Part shown: in pieces, positions 38,651 through 51,339 of the stretch
Numbering within the stretch: the stretch's first letter is position 1
Layout of the letters: every line of letters starts with the position of its first letter
Assembly: GCA_028534125.1 (NCBI GenBank)
Contig: CM052816.1
Span: 7,814,001 to 7,878,000 of the forward strand
DNA length: 64,000 nucleotides
Source of the DNA: Lama glama
Lineage: Eukaryota
Direction: 5' to 3'
Made by a program: the position numbers and the translations under genes
Notes under the pieces: model-generated
Databases searched by the model: none
What the model was told of the DNA's origin: nothing
Seen by the model: only the letters and a program-made list of their open reading frames with translations

Positions 38651-39510
38651 CACTTTGGTTTTTAGCTTGGTTTGAAAGTCCTTTGCTACTAGTCACATCT
38701 ATACACTTCCATGGATATGAACTACTGTTATTTGTCTTTCCTGTCCCCAAGAAACAGCTCTTTATAAACCAGTTTTGTATGCTGTTCACACATTAATTCT
38801 ATCATTTAATCCTCAGAATATCCCAGTGAGGTGGGTACTGTTGTTATCCTTATTTGAGGATATTCTCCAGTAGCAAAATATCACAGATAATTGGAGTTAT
38901 GGAATGGAACTTCAGAGCAAGTCCAGGACTGGAGGTGAAATCTTGATAATCTCACATGGTGGGGAAGTTGAAAACAACAAGGCATGGGAGCCCCTGATGG
39001 GGAGTGTTGGCTGGTTCACTAGGAAGAGTGGTACCTGAAGAGAGAGCAGAAAGCCTTGAAAATGCACTGCTGCTGAGCTGTTCCATCTTGGTAGCTTGTT
39101 TGGGATCTGTTTCAGCTCTGGCACAGCAAGCAAGCAGTTATTTTCCAAACCCAGTTTCACAGCTTATTGTATTATTGCCTCTCAGATTTCCATTGTGCAA
39201 TTGGCCCGTCCTCTAAAGTCGTAAGCTGTGACATTTCTCTGTCCCACAGAAATCTTTGTGGTCTGTACAAACTGTCTAAAAGTTAACTCCAAACTGTTAA
39301 CAGTGGTTCCACCTCTGTGGAGTAGGATTGGGTCAGGCTCCAGTTCTTCAGAAGGTTGGATGATGATTGCATTTTTAAAAATAATTAACATATAATACTT
39401 TTGAAAACGTAGTTTGTAAGAGTCACTTCAGAGTACTTTTAAATTTCTTTTTGCTTGAGAGGCACCCTTCCCTTATAGTTCTCTCTTGAATTCCTAAATG
39501 TAGAATAATG

Positions 39511-39558
39511 TCTGGCGCATGGTAGGTGCTTGGTAAATATTTGTTGAATGAATGAATG
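39511..39558 (+). mobile_element. L2 3' terminus
   Basis: tctggcgcatggtaggtgcttggtaaatatttgttgaatgaatgaatg matches the classic L2 tail. Confidence 0.75.
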
Positions 39559-39559
39559 A

Positions 39560-39763
<204 letters not shown>

Positions 39764-41451
39764 TGAGGGAGGCTTCAACAGGAGATTTTGTGAAATTGGC
39801 AGTGCTCTTATTGCACACAAATTATTATTTCTGTTACCTGTTGGGAGGTAGGAGCTAAATTCAGACAGAGTAGGTTGTCATTAAATCTTCTGTATTTCCC
39901 AGTCCTCACATTTATAGACCATGATGTTTCATCTGAGATTGGGTAAACTATTTCATTTTCTTAGAGTTGATAAAAAAGCATTTATAAATCAGACACTTTT
40001 TTGGAATCAAAATATTAATGTTCTTCATAAAAAGTAAACACTCCTGATGGTAAAACACACCAAGAACAAACCTAAAAGATGAAAATAGCGTATCTTGGAT
40101 TGTATATAACAGGCTGAAGATAAATAACCAAAAATAAGGAACCCTTATAAGTCAATAAGAAAACTACCCAATTGAAAAATGTCATCAAAGGATATGAGCA
40201 GCAGCTCTCAGAAATGGAAATAAAAATGGGCAGTAACCAAAATGTGTGCAAATTATTGGATCTTTTTTTGCTTACAACTCGCTGAGGTGATTTTTTTTAA
40301 AGTCAATAAATATGTAAAAAGATATGTTCAATTTTACTAGTTATGAGATAAATGCAAATTAAAACTTCATCCATTGAATTGGCAAAATTTTAAAAATCTG
40401 GTAAAGAATATGGGAGAAGAGTCCTTTTGTCTCCTGCCACCTTACAGAGCAGTTTGACAACATTTATGAACATTTTAAATTGCTTTTATTCTTGGGCCCA
40501 GCAGTTCCATGTGCAAATATCTATCCTGGAGCATTCGAACATGCGCTCAAAGGTACATGTATATATGTATCATGAGTGAAACAGAAAAGTCCTGTATGTT
40601 TGGACCTAAAGACAGTCTAAGGGGTTAATTACCTCTCCATCATTTGAGCATTTCGAAGCAGAGGTTGCACTTACCTTTATCAGGAAACTTCCTTTATTTT
40701 TATATTTCCCATACTCCATGGTTAACATCAGAGAGTAGAAACACTCTTATTAGTCAGTTCGAAATCTTGAGTTGCTGTTTTATTTGTTATATAAACAGTG
40801 GCACTGCTAACTCCTCCTTGTCTTTTTTCTTGCTGAAATTTCATTTGTTTAATTTTTTGAAAGTTTTTTAGACATGTTAACTCCCATTTTTGAGTTTTCA
40901 TTAAAAATATCAGCTTACTAATATATGAGGAAGCCAAAAGCAAACTCATTATGTCATTTGATATAGCTAAAATGAAAATGGACTTTAGCTAAAAATTTTC
41001 TATAAAGTCTTACACACTTTGGAAGTAAATATGGGTGATATTTCTTTCGATTCAACTCTAAAAACCTCAAAGTGGCACTCAGTTCATTTAGTTAGAGTGT
41101 ATTTTTCCGTGTTCGCATTTTGTTTCTTTTTATCAAATTAAAGAAACAAAACTTAGAAATCCAAATAGATTTCTTAATTTGTTATTCTGGAAGTGCATAA
41201 GCCATTAGAATTGGAGAATTTCTATTTCAGAATTTAAAGCATGTGTTTTTAGAAATCTAACTCCTCTAGGATAGCTTGATAGTGATAATTGAATACTAGG
41301 AGCTCTTAAGGAATACAAATAATTTCATTTTTTCCATGATGTCATTGGTGTCCAACAAGCCCTGAAACCACTTTAGTTAGAACTATTTGTTTATTTGTAA
41401 ATAAGCCATTAAGTCAGTAATGTGCAGAAACTTACGAGATCGTCTCAAATT

Positions 41452-41594
41452 TGGGGGTGGCGGGTAATTAGATTTATGTATTTTTTAATTAATTTTTTAC
41501 TTTTATTTTATTTTTTAGTGGAAGTACTGGGGATTGAACCCAGGACCTTGTGCATGCTAAGTACGCACTCTACTGCTGAGCTATGCCCTCCCCC
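41452..41594 (-). mobile_element. tRNA-Ala-derived SINE (Vic-1-like)
   Basis: gtactggggattgaacccaggaccttgtgcatgctaagtacgcactctactgctgagctatgccctcccc; TCAAATTT on both flanks. Confidence 0.88.
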
Positions 41595-42325
41595 AACCAT
41601 CAAATTTTTATTTAGAATAAATCATCAGTTCTAAAGAAGTAATTAAGTAAAGCATTCAGGTTTTCTAAAATACTACTAAAACACTTCTTTCACGTAATTA
41701 TTTTCCATGATTGCCTTAAGTAAGGTAACTTTTAAAATACAAATACTGTGCTGAAGAATGTTACTTGCTGCCATTTTTTGCAAGGGAGTAAAGTGTCGCC
41801 TTCAACAAGAGTCCTTTTTGGCTTAAAAAAAAAGTTATTTTGAATTATACAAATAATACATTGATGAGATTATCACCCAGCTTAAGAAATTAAACATAAC
41901 CAAACAGCCCATGGTATATCCTTCCCCGACTGCATCTGCCTTCATCTGCCTCCGAGAGGTGACCAGCACAGTCCTGAGTTCAGTTGTTCATCAGTGTCCG
42001 TGCCTGTCTTTGCACTTCTCCGCCTGTGTATGTAGCCGCTAGTAAATAATGCTTCTCAACTGAAACAAGTAGAAACATGCTGTTAGGTATCCTGCTACGA
42101 CTTTTCTGTACCAGTCCATTTGTGGTGGGTAGCTGTGATGGTCGTTGATTCATGTATGACTTACTACCACAGTTTACTTCTCAGCTCTCCTCTGGGTGGA
42201 CATTTAGGTTGTTTTCAATTTTTTGCTTTTGACAACAGTGCAGTTAGATACATTCTTGTGTGTATTTCCTGTCATAGGAGTAAGGGTTTCTCTGCATAAA
42301 AAGTAAAAGTAAAATTGCTGTATAC

Positions 42326-42577
42326 AGGGGAGAGGATACAGCTCAAGTGGTAGAGCACATGCTTATCATGCTCTTAGGTTGTGTCTTAGGTTGAATCCCC
42401 AGTACCTCCATTAAAAACAATAATCATGATTAAATAAACAAACCTAATGACCTCCCCCTCCAAAAAAATTAAAATAGAGCAGGGCTCAGCAAATGTTAAA
42501 CAAACAAACAAACATTTAAAAAATAAATCTGAAATATTATAATAAAATAAAATAAAATAAAATAAAATAAAATAAAA
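42326..42577 (+). mobile_element. tRNA-Ala-derived SINE (Vic-1-like) with extended tail and (TAAAA)n
   Basis: cagctcaagtggtagagcacatgctt...gttgaatccccagtacctcc; TSD TAAAATTGCTGT at 42310 and 42578. Confidence 0.88.
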
Positions 42578-42769
42578 TAAAATTGCTGTGTCCATCTTTA
42601 GCTCTCCAAAATGGTTCACCAGTTTTTGCTCCCACTAATAATATATAAGAGTGGACTACCTATTGCTCTGGATCCTTGGTAGCTCGTACTGCTGTTGGAC
42701 TTCTTTCAAGTTTTTCCAAACTGGTGGTTGTGAAACGATACCTCATTACAGTTTATTTTTTCCCTTTTT

Positions 42770-43970
42770 ATTTGGTTAGCTCTCTTGAGATGTTATTTAC
42801 ATATAATGAAGTTCACCAATTTTAAGCGTAGAATTCTTTGATTTTTGACAGATATGTATAGCCATGTAGCCACCACCACAATCATGTTATACAGAATTTC
42901 CATTACCATGAAACGCTTTTTCATGCCCCTTTGCGGTCAGTTCCTTCCACCTACCTCCTGGCCTGTGACTAACACTGATTTGCTTTCTTTTACCATAATT
43001 GTGCTTTTACTAGAAGTTTATGTAATTGGAGCAGTTTAGTCTTCTGTGTCTGTCTCTTTCCCTTAGCATAATGCTTCTGAGGTCCCGTTGTGTTTTTGCT
43101 TTTTATTTTTCAGTAGTTTTCTATCGTATGGATATACCATAATTTGTTTATTTATTCTCCAGTTGATGAACATTGATGTTTTTCCAGTTTGGGGCTCATA
43201 CAAATGAAGCCGCTATGAACATGTGCTTACAAATTCTAGTGTGGATGTGTGTTTTTGTTTTTCTTGAGTAAATATCTAGGAGTAGAATTGCTGGGTCATA
43301 GGGTAAGTGTATGTTTAACTGGACCAGAAACTGCCAAACTATTTTCCGAAGTGGCCGTACCATTTTGGGTCCTCACCAGCAATGTAGGAGAATTCCAGTT
43401 CCCCAGCACCCCTTAGTATTCTGTGTCTTTCTCATTTTGGCCATTCGAGTGAATGTGTACAGTTACTTCATCATGATTTTAATTTGCATTTCCTTAATGT
43501 GCTTATTTTCCATCCATATATTTCCTTTGGTGAAGTGTTGGTACAAATCTTTTGCCATTTAAATTGAGTTTTTTATCTTTTCATTGAATTGTGAGAGTTT
43601 CCTATTTTGGATACAAGTCCTTTGTTGAATAGATGTTTTGCAAATACTCTCTCCCAATCTGTGGCTTATCTTTTTATTTCTTCAACAGAGTCTTTTGAAG
43701 AACACAAGTTTCTAATTTTGATGAGGTTAATTTATCAATTTTTTGTTTTATAGTTTGTGCGTTTCATGTCCTACTAAAGAAACTTTAGCCTAACCCAAGG
43801 TCACTAAGATTTTCACTTATGTTTTCTCCTAGAAATAATATAGTTTCGGCTCTTCCATGTAAATCTCTTACCATTTCAGGGTAAGTTTTGTAAATGTTGT
43901 GAGGTAAGGGTTGAGGTTAATTTTTTTTATATTTGGATATCCAGTTATTCCAGCACCATTTGTTGAAAGC
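42770..43970 (-). mobile_element. Old L1 3' region, antisense
   Basis: atatctaggagtagaattgctgggtcatagggtaag; aactgccaaact; ttggatatccagttattccagcaccatttgttgaa. Confidence 0.85.
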
Positions 43971-44054
43971 ATTCATTGTGGTTTTACTTTCAGCTTTCTG
44001 GAAGAATTTTTTCCTTTATGATGTGTGCTTTTCATTCTTATGTAACAAATTCTT

Positions 44055-44890
44055 AATGCAAATCAAAACTACAATGAGGTATCACCTCACACTAATGAGA
44101 ATGGCCACTTTTTAAAAGTCTACAAATAATAAATGCTGGAGAGGGTGTGGAGAAAAAGGAACCCTCCTACACTGTTAATGGGAATGTAAATTGGTGGAGC
44201 CACTATGGAGAACAGTACAGAGGGTCCTTTAAAAACTAAAAATAGAGTTACCATATGATCCAGCAATCCCACTTTGGGGCATATATCCAGGCGAAACGAT
44301 AACTTAAAACAATACATGCGTACCAGTGTTCATAGCAGCACTGTTTACAATAGTCAAGACATGGAAGCAACCTAATGTCCATCAGTGGATGACTGGATAA
44401 AGAAGATGTGGCATATATATACACAATGGACTATTACTCAGCCATAAAAAGAATGAAGTAATGCCATTTGCAGCAACATGACTGGACCTAGAGATTATCA
44501 TATTAAGTGAAATACATCAGAGAAAGAAAGACAGATATCATATATCACCCATATGTGGAATCCAAAAAAATGATACAAGTGAACTTATTTACAAATCAGA
44601 AATAGACTCACAGAAATAAAAAACAAAGTGGTTACCAAAGGGGAATGGAGAGAAGGATTTATTTTATGTATAAAATAAATAACAGGAACCCACTGTATAG
44701 CACAGGGAACTATATTCAGTATCTTATAATAACCTATAATGGAAAAGAATCTGAAAAAAATATATATGTGTGTACATAAAATTGAATCGCTTTGCTGTAC
44801 ACCTAAAACTAGTACAACATTGTAAATCAACTATACGTCAATAAAAAATTTCAAAAATGAAAGAAAAAATTCCAATCAGAAAAAGAAGAG
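44055..44890 (+). mobile_element. L1 3' end (less diverged)
   Basis: atgcaaatcaaaactacaatgaggtatcacctcac; ccatatgatccagcaatcccact; cattgtaaatcaactatacgtcaataaa plus A-rich tail; AAATTCT on both flanks. Confidence 0.92.
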
Positions 44891-45392
44891 AAATTCTCTA
44901 ACCCAAGGTCATAGAACATAGAAATTGCACAGTGTTGCAGATAACGTCAAGTTCTCTGGAATCAGACTGCCTGGGTTTGAACCCTGGCTTTGCTACTTCC
45001 TATCTCTTTGACTTTGGGCAAGTTGTTTAACTCCCTAGGCCTCAATTTCCTCATTTCTAAAATGAGACTAATAGTGAGAGTCCATATCTCAGAGGGTTAT
45101 TAATGAGAGTAAGATGAAGTGTAATACATGTCAAGTCCCTGGCACAGAAAGTTGTACGTGTGTTGTAGTGGTGGTTGTGGTGGTGGTTGTTACTATCACC
45201 ATCATTATATTTAAAAAAAATTTTTTTTTTATTCTGAGTACTCTGGTCTATATAATTTCTTGGGCTCCTTCTTGGAAATTGTGTGATTTTGTGTTTTTAA
45301 GTTTTATTTTTGTGACCTGCAGATGACCTGTTTTCATGAAAATGAAATTATCAGATTATGAACATCTTGTTTAATATTCCTTTATTTTGCAG

Positions 45393-45436
45393 CTAGTGGT
45401 GGTTGGCAGGAACCTGAAAATCCTCACACGCAACGG
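45393..45436 (+). CDS. DCTN4: DCTN4 coding exon 4
   Basis: ttttgcag|CT; (A)SGGWQEPENPHTQR; CGG|gtaagt; 44 nt. Confidence 0.96.
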
Positions 45437-47149
45437 GTAAGTAAAGGGTCATCACAGAGAGGATGAAATAAGAAAAAGAGGAAGAAAAAGATCATTTTAT
45501 CAGTGAATATGGCTTATGCTTATAAATCCATGATGTATATTTTGATGTCCTTTACCCTTAGAAAGTGTTTCTTGTTGTAAGACATTAAATCACAATAACA
45601 GTTTTACCTATCTGACTTAAGTTAATAGAGAAACTTAGGTGTAATTTTAGTTCTGACTGGGAAAAGGAAACGATATGTTTTTGCTTTTCACGTACCCACC
45701 AACTAAGTTAAGGGTCCATTTGTTCTCAGAAATGTCATCGACATACAGACATCTTAACTCCTCGAAACAACACTAATTTAGAAGACACCCTTGGACTCAG
45801 TAGTGGTTGCCTATAGAATCATGATGTGGACATCCTAGTAGTTCACAGTGAACTGATCTGTGTACTATACGTCAGAACTGATTTTGTTGCCCCTGGAAAT
45901 GGACTATGAGAAAGATGATGAACTGTAATCAAAGTGAGTTGTATAATCAAACTGCAAACTAAACAGTAACTTATAATTATTCACTTATGATATCAGCAAA
46001 AATTGGAAATACTGAAAATATCCTGGATGGGAATGTAGGGAATTGGACCTTTTAACAACCATACTATTGTTAGTGTAAATTAATAGATTTCTTAAGCTCT
46101 CAGCAGTATCTACTTCCTGGACTGTGACCTACAGAAATACTTGTACTTATGCAGACACACAGAAAAATACATATATATACATGGGATTATCAAACATGTG
46201 CTCCATACTCTGTGCCAGGGGTGATACTGAACACTAGTAATACATGGTCCTTACCGTCGTAAAACTGAAGTCTAATGGGAAAACAATCATATGTTCCCCA
46301 GATACGGAAAAGACTCTAAGTGATACGAAAGCGTGATAAATTATACATGTGAGCATTTATTAGGGGGAGTTTCAACCAGTTAGGTCCACGTCTAAGGCTT
46401 GCACTAGGACCTGAGGATGGCAGGCACAGAAGGAAAAGAATTCAGGGTGTTGGACAGCATAGGGAAGGAGCTTGTGAGTGGACGAAGCATAGCACGTCAT
46501 AGACAAGAGGGCAAGTGTGCCGGAGTGGAGCATAGCAATAGGTGAATGGAGAGAAGGATTTGGGGTCAGACCGTGCAGAAAAGTGTGGACCAGGAAGCAA
46601 TTTGCGAAGCCCTTAAAGGTTTTAAGTGAGAAGCTGACAGAATCAGATTAGTGCTTCTGAAAAATAAATACTGGTGAATTGAAAAGTAATTATTTACAAG
46701 AGTGGGTACCAGGAGACCATTTAAGTGCTCTCAGAGGAAATGGTTAAATGCCTTTAGGACATCTGTACCAGGTAATAAGATGCAGCCTGTAAAGAGAATG
46801 AAGTTTTGTACTGAATGAAAAGTTTATGATACTTCAAGTGAAAAAGTTTTAAAACAAAGTTTTTTCCTTATATGAAAAATAAAAATACATGTATTTTTAT
46901 ACACATAAAAGCTATACATCTATACGTGGATTTTTTAAAAATGTATGCAAAATATATCATACTTGTATCTGTAAGTGTAAGAAAGATATCTAAGCTATAA
47001 TGGTGGATACCTCTGGTGAGAGGAAGGCTGGTCTTAGGCACAAGAGATAAAAGATAAATTTTACTTTTTAATCTTTATGTTTGTATATTGTTTGAACTTT
47101 TCACAATTATCAGATTGCTTTTATGATTAAAAATTTTTTGATGTATTTT

Positions 47150-47310
47150 TTTAGGGTTTCATTTATTTATTTATTTTTATTTTGGAGGGGTAATTAAGTT
47201 TATTTATTTATTTACTTTTTTTTTTTTTAGAGGAGGTACTGGGGATTGAACCCAGGACCTCGTGCATGCTAAGCATGCGCTCTACCACTTTGAGCTATAC
47301 CCTCCCACCC
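47150..47310 (-). mobile_element. tRNA-Ala-derived SINE (Vic-1-like)
   Basis: ggaggtactggggattgaacccaggacctcgtgcatgctaagcatgcgctctaccactttgagctatacc; near-intact A and B boxes on the - strand. Confidence 0.9.
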
Positions 47311-47708
47311 TAAAATGTGTTTTAAAAATGAAAATGTGTGATAGACTGGGGGAGAAAATAGAGTATGAAATATTACATCCTTAGGAATAGATGGTCCTGT
47401 AGCCATGCAGAAAAAGTAGGAGCAGTTCTGAGGGGAAGTAATGAAGTAAAAGAGCCATGAGAAGAAAACATGAAATTTTCAAGCTTTTTCTTTGCCCATT
47501 TCTTCCTGTTGTTGAACTTGAAGATTCCATTTCAATTCTGAAAATAGATCACACAGTGAAAAAAAAATCTCTGAAAAAAAGGGCAAACTTGCCTACCTTA
47601 ATTTGTCTTTTCTGTTCATTATGTGTCTAGTTGGTATAGTTGATTAATTTTGTAAGCTTCTTGTTAGCTTTTTCATGAAACAGATACTGAGTCCTTGATT
47701 TCTTACAG

Positions 47709-47816
47709 ATGAACAAATTGATTGAGTATTACCAGCAACTTGCTCAGAAGGAGAAGGTTGAGCGAGATCGCAAGAAACTGGCACGGCGTAGAAACTATAT
47801 GCCTTTGGCTTTTTCG
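47709..47816 (+). CDS. DCTN4: DCTN4 coding exon 5
   Basis: tcttacag|[42 protein letters not shown]|gtgagg; 108 nt. Confidence 0.97.
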
Positions 47817-48974
47817 GTGAGGACTTGGTACATAAAGGAGTTTGGAGTTCATTGATCAAGACCTGTGTGTTATAAGAACAGTGAACATTTCAGAAAGTGG
47901 CCATTGTCCCGAGATTCCTGACTGATGGCTAGCAGGCAAAGGCTCCTCAGACCATAGGTGTTCAAGTCCAGTGGTTATGCTTTTGCCATATCATTAGTTC
48001 TATTTGAATTCTTTGAGTTTTAAGGACATTTGTGTTTCTTTCTCCATCACTCCCCTTTCTCTTTTGATTATTTCCCAAAGAGGCTACTGTTTAGTTTTGT
48101 AGGCAAACTTACAGCTCTTGGGTATTAAAGAAAGTCAGAAAAATAGGAGCAAATGGTTGGTTTTATCCATATTTCCCATTGCAGCCCACCCACCTTTGGC
48201 ATCCTGGTAGTAGTGGTTTCCCAGCTTTAGTTATAATTTTTTGGCACCTTCCAATAGTTCTTCTGTATGAAAAACACTGACTTTTATACAGAGCATTTTT
48301 GTTGTTAAATAAGTAGTAATATGTGCAAGCGTGGTTTTTAATAGGAATTATTTATGAAAGTCATTCTCTACTGGTTTGTATACTACCAATCAGAAGCAAG
48401 AAATTAGGATCTAGAGCTTTTGCTATTGCCCAAGTTTTACTTGTTCTCACAAAACAATTAATTTTCTGTGTGTTCACTTGGAGCCAAGCAGATTGGCATT
48501 TAATGAATAATGTTTACTAAATGGCGTTGATATGTCAGGCTCTGTGCTTAACACTTTACATGTAGTACTTTGTTCAGTCCTCACAACAGTCCTGTGTAGA
48601 TGGTACATCCCCATTTTACACTTGAGGAAAGGCTCAATAACTTGTCATACTGCCTCTGCGTGAGAGTTAAGCCATTCAAACCCTAAAAATTGGTAAGGGC
48701 CATATAAAAATACCTAGTTTAGAATTTAGTAAAACATTAAAACTTGCAAAGTATCCACGGTTGCCAAAGACTTTCTAATGAAGTCGTAATGAATGTTGTG
48801 AACCATCCGGTGGGATAATCAGTGTACGCACTAGCATATCTCGGAAAGGAATTTGAATTAAATGCATTATTCTTCCAACTTTCCCATAAAACCTGCCTGC
48901 TGTATGAGTTTGCTTCTATCTTATGCTGCATTTTTTGTCTCTGTTGCAACCTGCTGCTATTTTGGGGCCTTCAG

Positions 48975-48995
48975 CAACATACTATTCATGTAGTG
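48975..48995 (+). CDS. DCTN4: DCTN4 alternative 21-nt microexon (QHTIHVV)
   Basis: ccttcag|CAACATACTATTCATGTAGTG|gtaagt; phase 0-0 in a phase-0 intron; gives 467 vs 460 aa, matching my recollection of mammalian p62 isoform lengths. Confidence 0.85.
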
Positions 48996-49388
48996 GTAAG
49001 TTCTCTTTTATGATTCTTGCTGACCCTGAGGAAGTTAGCAGATGATCACTCGTATTCCGAGAAGACGTTCATCATGGGTCTTGGATACTCCACATAGTTC
49101 TAGTCTAAGCTATAGCTTAGCTACTTTTAGGTTAAAAGTCACATTTTGCTCATTTTCACTGTATTAATGTAGTTTCAATCTCCATGTTTGGTGCTTTTGT
49201 TATTATTTTAAAACTAAGATGATGTGGGGCTACAAACTACTCTTCTTTAAAAGAAGCTTTCAAAGTAGCTTTTTTTTTTTTTGCTTATTCCCTGAGCTTC
49301 TCATGCTGTCCCTCCCCAAATTTTTAATTTTGATATCGAGGAGATATAAAAGTGGAATTTCTAATAGGAATCTCTGAACTCTGTTTAG

Positions 49389-49462
49389 GACAAATATGGT
49401 CTTGGAACCAGGCTTCAGCGACCACGAGCTGGTACAACCATCAGTACCCTTGCTGGACTTTC
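49389..49462 (+). CDS. DCTN4: DCTN4 coding exon 6
   Basis: ctgtttag|GAC; DKYGLGTRLQRPRAGTTISTLAGL(S); TC|gtaagt; 74 nt. Confidence 0.96.
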
Positions 49463-49655
49463 GTAAGTTTGGGCATTAAATGGGCTTTTAGGCAAAAAGC
49501 AGGTATTAAAGTGGTTATTGAAAGAATGTGATTCCAAGTAAATAACAGTTGCCGATGAGGAAGAAGATACTCATACTTAGAAAAGACCCAAACAGAAAGA
49601 ATATTCTACAATAGAGGAGTACTTCATTTACTGATATCATAGACTTTGAAGATAA

Positions 49656-49850
<195 letters not shown>

Positions 49851-50073
49851 TGATCCTGCTTCTGTTACTTATATGCCTTATGATTTGGGATTTTTAAAGT
49901 CCTAGTTTTTAGTGGTAGAATGAATCGTGTAGAAAGTAAAAGAGACATAATCATTTGAAAAATTTTAAAATGTCTGTCAAATTTCTGTATTACAGTTTTT
50001 CGAAGAACACTGTTCACAAAGTCGGTGTTATTTCTTATAATTGTCTGATTTTGAGCAAGTCACTGTAAACTAA

Positions 50074-50259
<186 letters not shown>

Positions 50260-50660
50260 TAAACATGATTGGTGTCTGGTCAATATCAAAACCTCTGGAA
50301 TGTGATAAATATAGAAAATGCTTATAGAGAATATACCATTTTAAAAATTTCAAGATAAACTTAATCCTCATAACTCAGTGAGGTAGGTACTGTTGTTATC
50401 CTTGTTTTACAGGTGTGGAAACGGAGGTTTCTGAAGGTTAAGTTTATATTGCTAACCTCTAAAAGACTAGTGAAAGAATATAAAGATTTTAGGCTAGTAG
50501 AGAGGAAACAAGAAGTAATAAAAAATAATCAATCTAAAAGAAAACAAAGAAGGGAAAAAATCCAGGCTCTGGGAATCTATGGAATGAACAGCTGAGTTTC
50601 TTCAATAAATTGTAAAAGGAAACAAATACAAAAAAACGAACAAAAAAGGAAAAGGAACTA

Positions 50661-50856
50661 TTAGTACTATCCAACTATTCTGTGATGATGGAACTGCTCT
50701 GTATCTGCACAGTCCAGCATGTAGCCACTGGTCACATGTGGCTACTAAGCACTTGAAATGTGATAGTGCAGCTGAAGTCCTAAGTCTTTCTAAGATGAAA
50801 TGCATTTAAATAACCACATGTGACTAGTGGCCGCTGTTACCAAATACCGCAGCACT
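50661..50856. mobile_element. MER3-like hAT DNA transposon fossil within L1 debris
   Basis: ttctgtgatgatggaa; gtagccactggtcacatgtggctact; aaataaccacatgtgactagtggc. Confidence 0.75.
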
Positions 50857-51339
50857 AGATTAGAAGAGACTTAAGAGGCCTGTCAATCAAACACAGTGTA
50901 TAGGCTTCAATTCCTGATTCAAACAAAACATAGAAAGGGGCCAAGGGAGGAAGGGAAGAAGGGGAAGAGGGAGGAAGGAAAGAAAAATGTATGAAACCTT
51001 TCGGGAATTTTAAACACTGGCTGGATTTTTTTATGCTACTAAAAGAATTATTTATTTTTTTTAGGGATAATAATGGTACTGTTATTTTTAAGAATGTCTT
51101 TATCTTTCAGAGATACATACCAAAATATTTAAGGATGAAATGACATGATGTCTGACATTTGTTTTAAAATAGTCGGGCACGGGGAGTGGGTAAGAGTGTA
51201 GATGAAACAAGATTGGCCGTTGTTGCTAACAAGTTGCTAATTGTTGAAGCTGGGTGGTGAGTACCTAGGGATTTATACTACTACTATTTTTGGATATTTT
51301 GTTAGAAGATTTCTATAATGAAAAATCTTTTTAAAAAGA

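Noticed and set aside
45817..45885. Possible intronic C/D-box snoRNA (ATGATGT...CTGA...CTGA, internal palindrome AGTTCAC-A-GTGAACT)
   Set aside because: Imperfect C box, weak terminal stem and no recognisable rRNA/snRNA guide; a snoRNA covariance-model search would be needed to revive it.
49010..49062. C/D-box-like motifs just after the microexon
   Set aside because: C boxes are degenerate (ATGATTC, ATGATCA), the terminal D box is CCGA, and there is no closing stem.
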